Below, piece after piece: positions 51,628-61,637 of a stretch of 64,000 bases of DNA. The translations under genes and the position numbers were made by a program. Source of the stretch: an uncultured Gammaproteobacteria bacterium (GTDB taxonomy: Bacteria > Patescibacteriota > Patescibacteriia > Patescibacteriales > WJLG01); assembly GCA_964547855.1 (NCBI GenBank), contig CAZJPG010000002.1, forward strand, positions 41,797 to 105,796, in the 5' to 3' direction. Numbering within the stretch: position 1 is the first letter of the stretch; every line of letters begins with the position of its first letter. Below the pieces are notes generated by a model, which was not told the DNA's origin, ran no database searches, and saw only the letters and a program-made list of their open reading frames with translations.

Positions 51628-52530
51628 CTAAGTCTCGGCCTCTAATGCTTGTTTTGCGGATTTTTTGTTCCATATTTTCGCATCGATCGAAAGATTTATG
51701 AATAATCCGAGGATCATTGATGCCAGGCAACAGCAGAAGAATATCATGCCTTGCTCGAAATCGAGTATTTTCCAGACACAAACCGTCGGAAAAAGGACGG
51801 CAAAAAAGAAATAGAATGGATTTTGCCAGCACAGCATCGCATGGATAAACGCTGCGAATAAAGCTAGTAATCCTATTGTTAATCCGTATTTTCCGTCATC
51901 TTTGACCGTAATTAAAAAGATTAGCGTTAAGATGATGGTGACGGCCGAACTTATCGCCATTTTGATGTCTATTGCGCCCGGTTCAAGTTTGAACATTTTT
52001 TTCTTCATATTTCCAAAGTGCATCTCTTTTATGCTCCAGGAACTGAAAAAAAGAAAAGGCAGTCCAAAAAGAATGACGATGAAAACCACCACTAATTTTG
52101 CAAAACCATCCAAGGTCGATCTATCCTCCGTTCTTTGTTTGTTAGATGATTCCAACCATTGGCCGCCGGCGAAGCTTACTGAATCGTATTTGATGATTCT
52201 ATCGGCTTTGAGGTTAAAGATTTTTCCGCTTATACCAAGGTATAGAAGATGGTCTTTGTATTTCAGTTTCTTTTTAGCGAAGAATGATGCCAATAATTTT
52301 TCTTTAGGGACATTGTTCGGCATATTTTTCGAATAGCCGTAGACCTTCCTCGTTTCGATGAGATTTCCATTCGATTCAACTACCGATTCCGGAGCGGAGG
52401 AGCAGATCGCGAAAATGTCATTGATTGGCCTGATGTCATATAGCGAAGATAAAGAATCTTCGTTGGTATCGGCGCTTATCGATGCGCCGCCTAAGAACGT
52501 GAGAAAGACAATAATGAGGAGTTTTGGCAC
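51628..52530 (-). CDS. Orphan membrane protein (signal peptide plus about 5 TM)
   Basis: AAGGAGG SD before GTG; hydrophobic C-terminal half. Confidence 0.75.
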   Translation of the reverse strand: MPKLLIIVFLTFLGGASISADTNEDSLSSLYDIRPINDIFAICSSAPESVVESNGNLIETRKVYGYSKNMPNNVPKEKLLASFFAKKKLKYKDHLLYLGISGKIFNLKADRIIKYDSVSFAGGQWLESSNKQRTEDRSTLDGFAKLVVVFIVILFGLPFLFFSSWSIKEMHFGNMKKKMFKLEPGAIDIKMAISSAVTIILTLIFLITVKDDGKYGLTIGLLALFAAFIHAMLCWQNPFYFFFAVLFPTVCVWKILDFEQGMIFFCCCLASMILGLFINLSIDAKIWNKKSAKQALEAET

Positions 52531-52634
52531 AAAGCCTCCTTTGTTGATGTTTTGTAATGTACCGTTTGTTTTTTATCATAAAACATCAAAATTGTCAATA
52601 GTATTAGCTGTTTTTCGAGAGTATTCCTTACCTA

Positions 52635-52663
52635 TTGACATATTTTGTATTTTATGCTATTAT
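52635..52663 (+). promoter_or_regulatory. Sigma70 promoter with extended -10
   Basis: TTGACA-17 nt-TATTAT with TG. Confidence 0.7.
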
Positions 52664-52877
52664 ATAATCATAGAACAAAAAGTTCTTGTGACAAAAACCC
52701 TTGAGATAGTTCTCGATACAAAAAAGAGAATAAACTCAAGGGTTTTTCTTTTTTAAAAAACCGTTATAAACCCCAAAAAAGCCGACAAAACACCGTCCGG
52801 GCTTTTTTATTTTGGATAATGGCGGGCGTCGATATTTTTTGCTAGAATATATAAACATAATTTAAAGCATTTATTGT

Positions 52878-53879
52878 ATGAAAATTTTAGTCACCGGCGG
52901 AGCCGGATATATAGGAAGTACGGTCTCAAGCGCACTGATCGACGCTGGGCATGAGCCGGTAATTCTAGACTCTTTGGTGAATGGCCGAGAAGAGTTCGTA
53001 AAAGATAGGATCTTTTATAAGGGAGACATCGCCGATCGCGGTGTCTTGGGATTGATAATGAAAGAACACCCGGAAATAGACACTCTCATTCATTTCGCGG
53101 CTTTGATAGTCGTTCCTGAGTCGGAATCGGATCCTTATGGCTATTACAAGAATAATGTCTCAGCTTCTTTGGAGCTGTTCAAGAATTTTTCCGACCTGGG
53201 AGGTAAAAAGATAATTTTCAGTTCTTCGGCCTCTGTCTATGGCAATCCGGAAAAACAGGAAGTCGCCGAAGACAGTCAGTTATCACCGGAAAGTCCTTAT
53301 GCTAGGACTAAGTATATGATGGAGATGGTCTTGTCCGATCTTTGTCGCGCTTATGACATGCAAGGCATCGCCCTTAGGTATTTTAATCCGATCGGGGCCG
53401 ACCCAAAGATGCGCACTGGCGCCTATGTCAGTAACCCAAGCCATGTCTTAGGTAGACTTATCTCGGCCGCTTTGAACGAGGGAGAGGTCTTTAAGATAAC
53501 TGGGACCGATTGGCCGACACGCGATGGCTCTGGCATTCGCGACTATATTCATGTTTGGGATTTGGCCCAGGCTCATGTAAAGGCGCTATTGAATTTTGAC
53601 AAGGCCTTTGATAAAACAGAAGATAAAGATTACTTAGCAATAAATCTTGGAACAGGCAAAGGGGTGACCGTTAAAGAGTTGGTTGCGGCCTTTGAGAAAG
53701 TGTTCGGTAAAGAGGTTCACAAAGAAGACGCGCCTAGCCGTCCAGGAGACGTGGCCGGAGCTTATGCTAGTTGTGACAGAGCAAAGGAATTTATCGATTG
53801 GAAAGCGGAATTGTCCATCGAACAGGCCATCGCCGACGCTTTGAAATGGGAGGAAGCCAAAAAACAAATATTTAAATAA
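52878..53879 (+). CDS. galE: UDP-glucose 4-epimerase
   Basis: TGGAGYIGS, FSSSASVYG, YARTK, LRYFNPIGA, RDYIHV.DLA. Confidence 0.96.
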   Translation: MKILVTGGAGYIGSTVSSALIDAGHEPVILDSLVNGREEFVKDRIFYKGDIADRGVLGLIMKEHPEIDTLIHFAALIVVPESESDPYGYYKNNVSASLELFKNFSDLGGKKIIFSSSASVYGNPEKQEVAEDSQLSPESPYARTKYMMEMVLSDLCRAYDMQGIALRYFNPIGADPKMRTGAYVSNPSHVLGRLISAALNEGEVFKITGTDWPTRDGSGIRDYIHVWDLAQAHVKALLNFDKAFDKTEDKDYLAINLGTGKGVTVKELVAAFEKVFGKEVHKEDAPSRPGDVAGAYASCDRAKEFIDWKAELSIEQAIADALKWEEAKKQIFK

Positions 53880-53902
53880 TCTATCAATAATATAAAATAG
53901 CT

Positions 53903-55030
53903 ATGATAGACGCACGAAAAACAATATTATTTTCTTCAAGTTTTTTTCTGATAGCCGTTATATTCTTTGCGGCCAAATCTTATGTATATGAGGCCGAGGC
54001 TGATTTTACCGACCCAGATGCCTTTGAGATGACTAACCCGACCGAAAGCTGCACTTCTTGCGGTGAGGTATCGCTTAATCTCTCCATTCCTTCTACCAGT
54101 TCTGGGGATGATGGTGGTAGTTCTGGCTCAGGAGACGATGGTGGCGGCAGTTCTGGAGGCACTAGCGGCGGTAGCAGTGGTGGAAGTTCTGGCGGCAGTA
54201 GCGGTGGAAGCAGTGGTGGTAGTTCTGGCGGCAGTAGCGGTGGAAGCAGCGGTGGTAGTTCTGGAGGTAGTAGTGGCGGAGGTGGAGGATTAGGGTCAGC
54301 TACGCCAATAGTCACTACCAAGGCGACCACCACTAAAGCAACCACTAGCCAGGAGACTTCCTTGGGCGAGGAAAATAAATTAGGACAAGAAGAAGTAAAA
54401 ACAGATGAGTCTTTAGCGGGACAAAAGACATCTGTCCCAGCGGTCAAAAGTTTGTTCGGATTAGATAAAGATTTAGTCGAGACCATAAGTTCTAGCGAGT
54501 CGAAGACCGTCTCTGGCCATTCGACAAGAGTGCAGTTTAGTGGGGTCAATGAAAAATTATATAATAAAATAGTCGCCAATCCTTCTTTGGTCGAAGAAAG
54601 CGTCAAGATAACCGTGGCCTATTTTATAGAGTTCGGGACCCCGACGACCTTAAGTCTTGGTTCTGGCGAAAGAGCCGGTGTGGTCAATTCTTATATATCC
54701 GCCTTTGGTCGAATACCAGGCGCTGATACCGACTGGCAAGACGTGGTCAAGATCGCCAATGGACGTTGGCCAGCGGAAAAGAGTGCTACAGCCGAATCCA
54801 AAGCGGCAGCGCAATTCAAGAAAATATATTTGAGAGCCGCTAATATGAATGACCCTCACGACAATGCGGCCGTCACGGTCATGGCTTACGGCTTGAGGCC
54901 GGCCAATAGGAATTTGAATAGCGAAAAGGCAGCCATTCTGTCATTCAAATATATATACAAAAAATATCCGAGTACGGCCGATGAGTGGGACGTCGTCAGG
55001 GCTATCGCTTATTCCGGCGCTAAAAGATAA
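53903..55030 (+). CDS. Secreted protein with (GGSS)n linker and C-terminal GERAGV/KIANGRWP domain
   Basis: N-terminal TM/signal segment, Gly-Ser repeat, globular C-terminus. Confidence 0.8.
   Translation: MIDARKTILFSSSFFLIAVIFFAAKSYVYEAEADFTDPDAFEMTNPTESCTSCGEVSLNLSIPSTSSGDDGGSSGSGDDGGGSSGGTSGGSSGGSSGGSSGGSSGGSSGGSSGGSSGGSSGGSSGGGGGLGSATPIVTTKATTTKATTSQETSLGEENKLGQEEVKTDESLAGQKTSVPAVKSLFGLDKDLVETISSSESKTVSGHSTRVQFSGVNEKLYNKIVANPSLVEESVKITVAYFIEFGTPTTLSLGSGERAGVVNSYISAFGRIPGADTDWQDVVKIANGRWPAEKSATAESKAAAQFKKIYLRAANMNDPHDNAAVTVMAYGLRPANRNLNSEKAAILSFKYIYKKYPSTADEWDVVRAIAYSGAKR
54110..54290 (+). repeat. Coding 12-bp degenerate tandem repeat (GGSS)
   Basis: agttctggcggcagtagcggtggaagcag recurs at 54185 and 54221 (36-bp period). 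Confidence 0.9.
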
Positions 55031-55086
55031 AGTTTTCTCGATATAAAAATCCCGGCACCTATTTGGTGTCGGGATCGTTTTTTTGT

Positions 55087-56055
55087 TTAATCTGGATGAT
55101 CAGGAAAATTGTCCAGCGGAATGACGACGCGATTAGTGTAGTCCCAGTCTTCGAAAAGACTGTCGGCGCCGATCGTAACAACTCCGTTGTTGGCGATCAT
55201 CTTTGTGATGTCGGGTAAAAAAGACATGGGGATCATACCAGTGTCACATTGTGCATAGGCCCAGATCGAGGTACTGTCTCGTCTATTTTCCATAGCCACG
55301 TAGCCATACAACGCTCCGTTCTTGTAGAGCGTCGGAGTGGACAGGCTCGAGCCATAGCAACGTATGGAGTAAGTCGATTTTTCCGTCCACTTTCCTGTCG
55401 GCAATCCTCTTAGCTCGAAGAAGAATTTTATTCCATCCGATTCGAAGAATACCAAGTTCAGAGTGTCTCTCGAGCTCGTAGTCAGATCGACAGTGTCTAA
55501 GGCCGAAAATGATCGGTCATAGATATTAAAGCTCAATTGAACGAACGGCCAGGCCTGGATATGCCAGAAGCTGACTAGGACTTCATACTTGTAGCCCTTC
55601 GGCACTTTGACGACCGTTGTGGCACATTTGCCATCGACCACCGGGAAGTTGAAATCGAGCGTATCCTTGTTGTCTTCGTCCAAAGGGGCGAATTGCAAGG
55701 TAACGGCATTGATCACACTTATCCGATAATCTCGCAGGTCCTTCAATTTGTCGATACTGATGGCCGTCTTTCTTAGACCACCTTTGACCATTTCGATCTG
55801 ACCGTTGGAGATGTCTATCAAGAATTTGATCTCCGCCGAATCGACCGCTTTGGTCGTGTCGCCGAGAGTGTCGATGATTATTCTGGTCTTGATAGTGTCT
55901 TTGTATGGGTCGTTCTCGGTCCGGTTTTTGATGACATCATGGGTCACAGAATCTTTTGGTGAATATGAGGCCTCGTCACTGGAAACTGGATTAAAACGGC
56001 TGCAGTTTTGAAGACCTGTCAGTAAAAGAATCAACATTAACATCTTTTTAGCCAT
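55087..56055 (-). CDS. Putative lipoprotein, tandem paralog 1
   Basis: AGGAG SD, LQNC lipobox-like signal; near-identical to 56215..57189. Confidence 0.85.
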   Translation of the reverse strand: MAKKMLMLILLLTGLQNCSRFNPVSSDEASYSPKDSVTHDVIKNRTENDPYKDTIKTRIIIDTLGDTTKAVDSAEIKFLIDISNGQIEMVKGGLRKTAISIDKLKDLRDYRISVINAVTLQFAPLDEDNKDTLDFNFPVVDGKCATTVVKVPKGYKYEVLVSFWHIQAWPFVQLSFNIYDRSFSALDTVDLTTSSRDTLNLVFFESDGIKFFFELRGLPTGKWTEKSTYSIRCYGSSLSTPTLYKNGALYGYVAMENRRDSTSIWAYAQCDTGMIPMSFLPDITKMIANNGVVTIGADSLFEDWDYTNRVVIPLDNFPDHPD

Positions 56056-56214
56056 GAGTGGCTCCTGTTCTTCGACGATATTCGATTAAATTGTTTGAAA
56101 GAACTGTAATTATTGATTTAATCATTTTTACGCCTCTTCTGTCAAACGTCTTTTAAATAAAAATACCCAGCGCTTGTTAGCGTTGGGTATTAACAAAAAG
56201 AACATGCCTGTTAG

Positions 56215-57189
56215 TTAATTGGCTCTCTCGCGCCTGGGGGCGTCGTCTATGGATATATCTTCATGGTTAGTATAATCTTTCCCCGCAAAAATGCTATCAG
56301 GATTGATCGTTACTATGCCGTTATTACCTATCATCTTTGTGATGTCCGGCAAAATAGAGACAATAACTGTTCCGGTGTCACATTCCAGATACATCCATAT
56401 AGAACTGCTGTCTTTCCGGTTTTGCATGGCGAAGTATCCGAACAACGATCCATTTTTGTAAAGCGTTGGCGTCGCTAGCGTAGAGTAATAACCTCGAGCC
56501 GAATACTCCGAGCCTTCCGTCCACTTTCCTGTCGGTAATCCTCTTAGCTCGAAGAAGAATTTTATTCCATCCGATTCGAAGAATACCAAGTTCAGAGTGT
56601 CTCTCGAGCTCGTAGTCAGATCGACAGTGTCTAAGGCCGAAAATGATCGGTCATAGATATTAAAGCTCAATTGAACGAACGGCCAGGCCTGGATATGCCA
56701 GAAGCTGACTAGGACTTCATACTTATAGCCCTTCGGCACTTTGACGACCGTCGTGGCGCATTTGCCATCGACCACTGGGAAGTTGAAATCGAGCGTATCC
56801 TTGTTGTCTTCGTCCAAGGGGGCGAATTGCAAGGTGACGGCATTGATCACACTTATCCGATAATCTCGCAGATCCTTCAACTTGTCGATACTGATGGCTG
56901 TCTTCCTTAGACCACCTTTGACCATTTCGATCTGACCATTGGAGATGTCTATCAAGAATTTGATCTCCGCCGAATCGACCGCTTTGGTCGTATCACCGAG
57001 AGTGTCGATGATTATTCTGGTTTTAATAGTGTCTTTGTACGGGTCGTTCTCGGTCCGGTTTTTGATGACGTCATGAGTTACGGAATCTTGAGGGGAGTAT
57101 GGAACATCTTCGCTTGAGACTGGGTTGAAACGGCTGCAGTTTTGAAGACCTACCAGCAAAAAAATCAACATTAACATCTTTTTAGCCAT
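56215..57189 (-). CDS. Putative lipoprotein, tandem paralog 2 (start at MAKK)
   Basis: Same SD and start context as paralog 1 at offset 1134 bp. Confidence 0.85.
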   Translation of the reverse strand: MAKKMLMLIFLLVGLQNCSRFNPVSSEDVPYSPQDSVTHDVIKNRTENDPYKDTIKTRIIIDTLGDTTKAVDSAEIKFLIDISNGQIEMVKGGLRKTAISIDKLKDLRDYRISVINAVTLQFAPLDEDNKDTLDFNFPVVDGKCATTVVKVPKGYKYEVLVSFWHIQAWPFVQLSFNIYDRSFSALDTVDLTTSSRDTLNLVFFESDGIKFFFELRGLPTGKWTEGSEYSARGYYSTLATPTLYKNGSLFGYFAMQNRKDSSSIWMYLECDTGTVIVSILPDITKMIGNNGIVTINPDSIFAGKDYTNHEDISIDDAPRRERAN

Positions 57190-57408
57190 GAGTGGCTCCT
57201 GTTCTATATTGCATTGGTTTGTGTGTCTTTGGTTTAAAAGGGCGATAGTTGTTAATTTAATCATTTTACCGTATTTGTGTCAATTATCTTTGACAAAAAA
57301 GGTCAATAATGCTTAACTTAATTATTGCAGGACAGCAGTTTTGCAATGGCACATTTCAAATAAAATATAGACTATTAAAGAACATAAAACTATTCCAAAG
57401 GAGCTATA

Positions 57409-58629
57409 ATGTCCAGATTATTAACGTTACTGTCAGTGGTCTTTTGCCTGGGGCTTGCCATTAATTGCGCAAATCAAAATCCGAGTCCTACTGGACCAGG
57501 CGATGCCACCGAGAAGAAGGATGACCAGAAGACCGATCCCAACACCGCGAATAAATCCACGATAGATACTTTGATCATCGACGGAGATTCAAGCGATTTG
57601 GGCGATCTGTATTTCGAATTCGATTTCAGTGAGATGTTGGAGGAGCTTGGTGACACGAGCAAGACCTTGAAAAAAGCGCTTGCGAATAACCGCTCCGGTC
57701 AGTTGATCTACAAGATCAAGCATCTTTCCAGGTTCGATTTCACTGCCACTAATGCGGCCAATGCTTCAGTGAGCTCAAGCTATCCGATCGATTCGACCGG
57801 CAAATGTTCGGTCAATATCATAAAGATAGCTCGCGGCTCTGTGTATTACATTTATGCTGGTTTTTCCGGTGTAACGATGTGTCCTTGGTCTTTAAATGAT
57901 TCATCCTATAGCCTGTCCAATGAATATTTCTTCGCACGTGATACGGTCGATTTAAAAACCAAATCAAAAGATACTCTTAGATTGGTTTTGCGGGAGAATC
58001 ATAACACTAAGTACTTCGTAAGTATCGAGAAACCCGTCGGTAAATATACCGACGGAAAGAAGTATTCGGTCGTCGAGTCTTGGAATAAAGGCGCGGAAGT
58101 AAAGGCGCTCTATTCCGGCGGAAAGCTGAAGCACCGTATCTATTGCCAAAATAGCGATACACTAGCTCAATTCACTTTAAGCGATGACACAGGAAAAGTG
58201 ACTTTTCCTTTCTCCTTCGACATCAATACGGTCATCGACGACGATGTGATAGAGTGCTTGGCCAAGGGCGGCAGTAGCAATAATGACGACACTATTGGAG
58301 GAGTCTTTGTCAGTGATATCCAGTTCGAATATCAAATACCGTTAAAGACGACCAAGATAGAGCCCAAGGATGGTGGCATCGCCATGTATTTTAATCGCAT
58401 TGGAAGGATGTATGTCGGAAGTTCTACTTTATTCAGGGTCGAACTTGGCAGAGACACTACCAATCTTGTGAAGAAAGCCGATATCAAAGAGCTTGACGGC
58501 TGTATTCATTGGAAGCCGGCCAGTGCCCTGAAAGCCGGGTCTTATTCATTGAAGGCTCAAAAATTCCTCGATGAATATGGTAATGAATCACCACTGGTTC
58601 AGGATACATTGGTTTTGAGTGGTCTTTGA
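57409..58629 (+). CDS. Putative lipoprotein, distant paralog 3
   Basis: AAGGAG SD, LAINC-ANQNPSPTGP; shares DTVDL...DTL.LV and GKC motifs with paralogs 1 and 2. Confidence 0.85.
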   Translation: MSRLLTLLSVVFCLGLAINCANQNPSPTGPGDATEKKDDQKTDPNTANKSTIDTLIIDGDSSDLGDLYFEFDFSEMLEELGDTSKTLKKALANNRSGQLIYKIKHLSRFDFTATNAANASVSSSYPIDSTGKCSVNIIKIARGSVYYIYAGFSGVTMCPWSLNDSSYSLSNEYFFARDTVDLKTKSKDTLRLVLRENHNTKYFVSIEKPVGKYTDGKKYSVVESWNKGAEVKALYSGGKLKHRIYCQNSDTLAQFTLSDDTGKVTFPFSFDINTVIDDDVIECLAKGGSSNNDDTIGGVFVSDIQFEYQIPLKTTKIEPKDGGIAMYFNRIGRMYVGSSTLFRVELGRDTTNLVKKADIKELDGCIHWKPASALKAGSYSLKAQKFLDEYGNESPLVQDTLVLSGL

Positions 58630-58784
58630 TAGTTTTTAAGGCCCGGAGCGCGATAAATATCGCGTCATCCGGGTTTTTATTTTATATTGACAAAATTAAT
58701 AAATGGTTGTAATTTTTATAGTTAATCGTTCTTTCAAAAATAGTTAACATTTTTCGAAGATAAAACCAAAATACCGAGGGGAAA

Positions 58785-59927
58785 ATGGAAGAAATTATCA
58801 AGAAGAAGCCGTATGTACGAAAAAGGCTGCCCGTCAAAAAGCTTATGAGGCGTTTTTGGGAGGTGGCCAAGGGCTTAGGACTTGATGTTCCCGCGTTGAG
58901 GAAGGAAGCATATGACATTTGCCGCATGAACGTTTCGGAACAGGAAAGAAGTTTGTGGCCGGAAGATCCTTCTGTTTGCAGGGGGTTCCATGATAGGTTT
59001 TTCTATTATCCGGTCAGAGAACGGCCAGGCAGACCTCCAGCAAAAAAAGAGGTCGATATAGTCATAAAGGAGATTTCACAGAGCGAAAAGAAAAAGACAA
59101 AGAAAAAGACGAAAACAAGGAAAAAGAGAAAAAAGAAAGACGTCAAAGTCGTGGTTGAAAAAAAGAGGATGCGCAAGAGTTCCAAGTTTTTGTCGTTCGT
59201 CGATCGCAAAGAAGCAGCTCCTGTCATAGACCTTAAATTGCCCCCGGAAGGCGAAAGAAAAAGTCAGACACTTATCGAGAGAGGCGCTTTTTCCTTTTGG
59301 TCGGCAAAAAACATGACTGATGATCTGTACGCCGCCAAAAAGAGGATCGATTTGGCTCGCAACCCTGATCTCTGTCATAGTAAATACGTTAGCGACTTGG
59401 ATATCTCGATCAAATTGAACATGAGGCCAAGCGCCAATTTGCCAAGCGTTTTTTCCGGCACTAGAAGTATTAAGTCAGAGAGATGGGAAAGCGTCTTTAT
59501 CGTCGAATGGGTCCATGAGAGATATTTAAATCTTAATATCTTGCACAGCGATCCTGAGTTGATCGACATGTTCTCTTTGGTCCTTGGTTTTTTTCCTCAT
59601 AGCTGGTGCTACGAGGATTTTCTGGGAATGTTGACTTTTAAATGGGATTTCAAACATCGCGATCAAGATTCGGCAACGGTCAAGGCATTCGTCATTGAGG
59701 CCGAAGAAGCTCTTCTTAAGGCAATAGAGGAGGACAGTGGCGGAATGATCTTGCCGTCAAAGCCAAAGTCGCGAAGACCCAGAAAAAAAGAACCACAACC
59801 GTCAAACGCCAAAAAACGTCGAGGAAAGAAAGCTAAAAGTTTCGTCGATGTCGTCGCGTTCAAAGAAGAGGATGTGGAAGCTGAAGTGAATAATTTTTTC
59901 GAGACAGTGGCAGAGATGATTATTTGA
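58785..59927 (+). CDS. Lys/Arg-rich hypothetical protein
   Basis: 380-aa ORF with GAGGGG SD, upstream TTGACA and downstream terminator (gaccggcg...cgccggtc). Confidence 0.75.
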   Translation: MEEIIKKKPYVRKRLPVKKLMRRFWEVAKGLGLDVPALRKEAYDICRMNVSEQERSLWPEDPSVCRGFHDRFFYYPVRERPGRPPAKKEVDIVIKEISQSEKKKTKKKTKTRKKRKKKDVKVVVEKKRMRKSSKFLSFVDRKEAAPVIDLKLPPEGERKSQTLIERGAFSFWSAKNMTDDLYAAKKRIDLARNPDLCHSKYVSDLDISIKLNMRPSANLPSVFSGTRSIKSERWESVFIVEWVHERYLNLNILHSDPELIDMFSLVLGFFPHSWCYEDFLGMLTFKWDFKHRDQDSATVKAFVIEAEEALLKAIEEDSGGMILPSKPKSRRPRKKEPQPSNAKKRRGKKAKSFVDVVAFKEEDVEAEVNNFFETVAEMII

Positions 59928-60228
59928 CCTGTTGAGAAGTAATGACCGGCGTCGCGAAATGCGCCGGTCTTTTTTATCGGATTCCCCGTATTTATTGGCT
60001 ATAAAAGTAAAAAAGCATCGCATTGTTGATCTATAAAAAAACATCCTTTGAATTATTTTAAAAAAAGTGCTATTATTAAATTGTGATAGTTTTCAGGGTT
60101 CTGTTCATTGGCAAGGAATTGATCGCCCCTCCAATTGATCGGTTCTAAGTCTTTGAACAGAATTTTGGAAGCTATACAAAAAAAGCCACGGAAAAATATC
60201 CGTGGCTTTTGCCTTTTCTGGCATTGTT

Positions 60229-60996
60229 TTAAAAAATGTTCACATTGCAGATACCACTGCAATTTTTTTTGACTTCGCCGGAAACTTTGGCGAAGCAGTT
60301 CACTGATGCTATTCCGCTGGAATCGACGAAAAGGTTTTTTCGTATTACACCAGATATATCGGTATCGAAGAGCCCTGACGCTTCGATTTCTATTTCTTCC
60401 ATTTCTCCGGACATGTTAAAGGTGTTTTTCCCGGAGGATCTCACTTTTACATTTCCAAAGACGTTGTTGGCTTCTGTTTCGGTCTCTCCGGAGCAAGTGA
60501 TTTCGAGATCTTTGACCCCGATTATTTTTGCTTTGGATTTTCCAAACATCTCGATAGTTAAATCGCCATTTATGCCGGCAATCAACGAATCAGAAAAATT
60601 CTTTGATATTATCCCGATTCCCATTGGAACCATGATAATGATCTGGGGTTCTTTTTTCTGACCATTGTTACTGGATACTACGTTGATCCCATTGCCAGAA
60701 GTAAAGACGTTCGAATTATTCGCGGATGAACTTCTGACCGAAAGCCTGCCGTTTTCACAGCTGATAGCGAGTTCTTTGATGAACTCATCATCGGCATCGA
60801 CCAGGATCTCGACGTAGTTGTTCGGGCTTTTGATGACCGACACTTTTCCGGTAAGGCCATACATCCTTAGCGATACGCAATGATCGAAGATCCTTTGGTA
60901 TGCGCTATTCCTGATGGAACTTGCTAAGGCAAGTACGTCTTTAACATCGAAAACAGCTTTAACATCGAAAACAGCGGACTGACTGCTACTACTCAT
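60229..60996 (-). CDS. DUF2807/GIN-like beta-helical repeat protein
   Basis: Repeated L.I..SG motifs, ENGRLSV; 18-bp tandem duplication (AVFDVK x2, 60940-60975); AAGGAG SD. Confidence 0.75.
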   Translation of the reverse strand: MSSSSQSAVFDVKAVFDVKDVLALASSIRNSAYQRIFDHCVSLRMYGLTGKVSVIKSPNNYVEILVDADDEFIKELAISCENGRLSVRSSSANNSNVFTSGNGINVVSSNNGQKKEPQIIIMVPMGIGIISKNFSDSLIAGINGDLTIEMFGKSKAKIIGVKDLEITCSGETETEANNVFGNVKVRSSGKNTFNMSGEMEEIEIEASGLFDTDISGVIRKNLFVDSSGIASVNCFAKVSGEVKKNCSGICNVNIF

Positions 60997-61083
60997 TCAT
61001 TAACTCCTTAAAATTGTTACAGATACTTTACGCGGCTATTTTGAGCCGTAACTCTTTGAATCCTTCAATTCGCTTTCGGGGTT

Positions 61084-61449
61084 TTAAAGATGTTCTTTTA
61101 CTGCTTTCCAGACCAAGTTTATTATCTCCGAATTGGAAATATTCCCAAAGTCTGGCTCATTGTCGGCTTTGTCAAAGTCGGGGATTTTCCCGATTCTGTC
61201 TTCGGCAAAACTGCCATCTTCTGCAATGAAAAATGTTTTTCTTGAATATCTTTTGTCTTTGAGAAACAAGCCGAAACCGACTAAGTTACTCTCAAAAGGA
61301 AAAAAGACAATGTTTAATTCAGTGCCATTGATATTTACGGGGATAGGGGAGTCTTTCGAGCCTTTAAGAAAGACAATGCTGGCACAGTCAAAAAAAAGAC
61401 AGGCCTCTCTTACTGAAATGCCACTGTTTCTTTTGATCAAATCATTCAT
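61084..61449 (-). CDS. Hypothetical protein
   Basis: AAGGA SD, 121-aa ORF. Confidence 0.6.
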   Translation of the reverse strand: MNDLIKRNSGISVREACLFFDCASIVFLKGSKDSPIPVNINGTELNIVFFPFESNLVGFGLFLKDKRYSRKTFFIAEDGSFAEDRIGKIPDFDKADNEPDFGNISNSEIINLVWKAVKEHL

Positions 61450-61637
61450 TTTTGTATCCTTTGTTAAATTGTCAAAGATCGCATTTTACTAATATTATCA
61501 TAGCATATTTTATTGATTTTGTCAATATAAAACAGGCTGTTTTTTGGGTTATTTTAAAGTAGCTAATATTATTTGACATTTTTAGGTTTTTTTGTTAAAT
61601 TGCTTTGATTTGATATAAATAAATACTAATATTCAAT

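Noticed and set aside
53980-54606. Proline-rich ORF on the minus strand
   Set aside because: It is the antisense shadow of the GGSS repeat.
55087-57189. Diversity-generating retroelement (TR/VR pair)
   Set aside because: Both copies are full genes, differences are not limited to adenines and include synonymous changes, and no reverse transcriptase is present.
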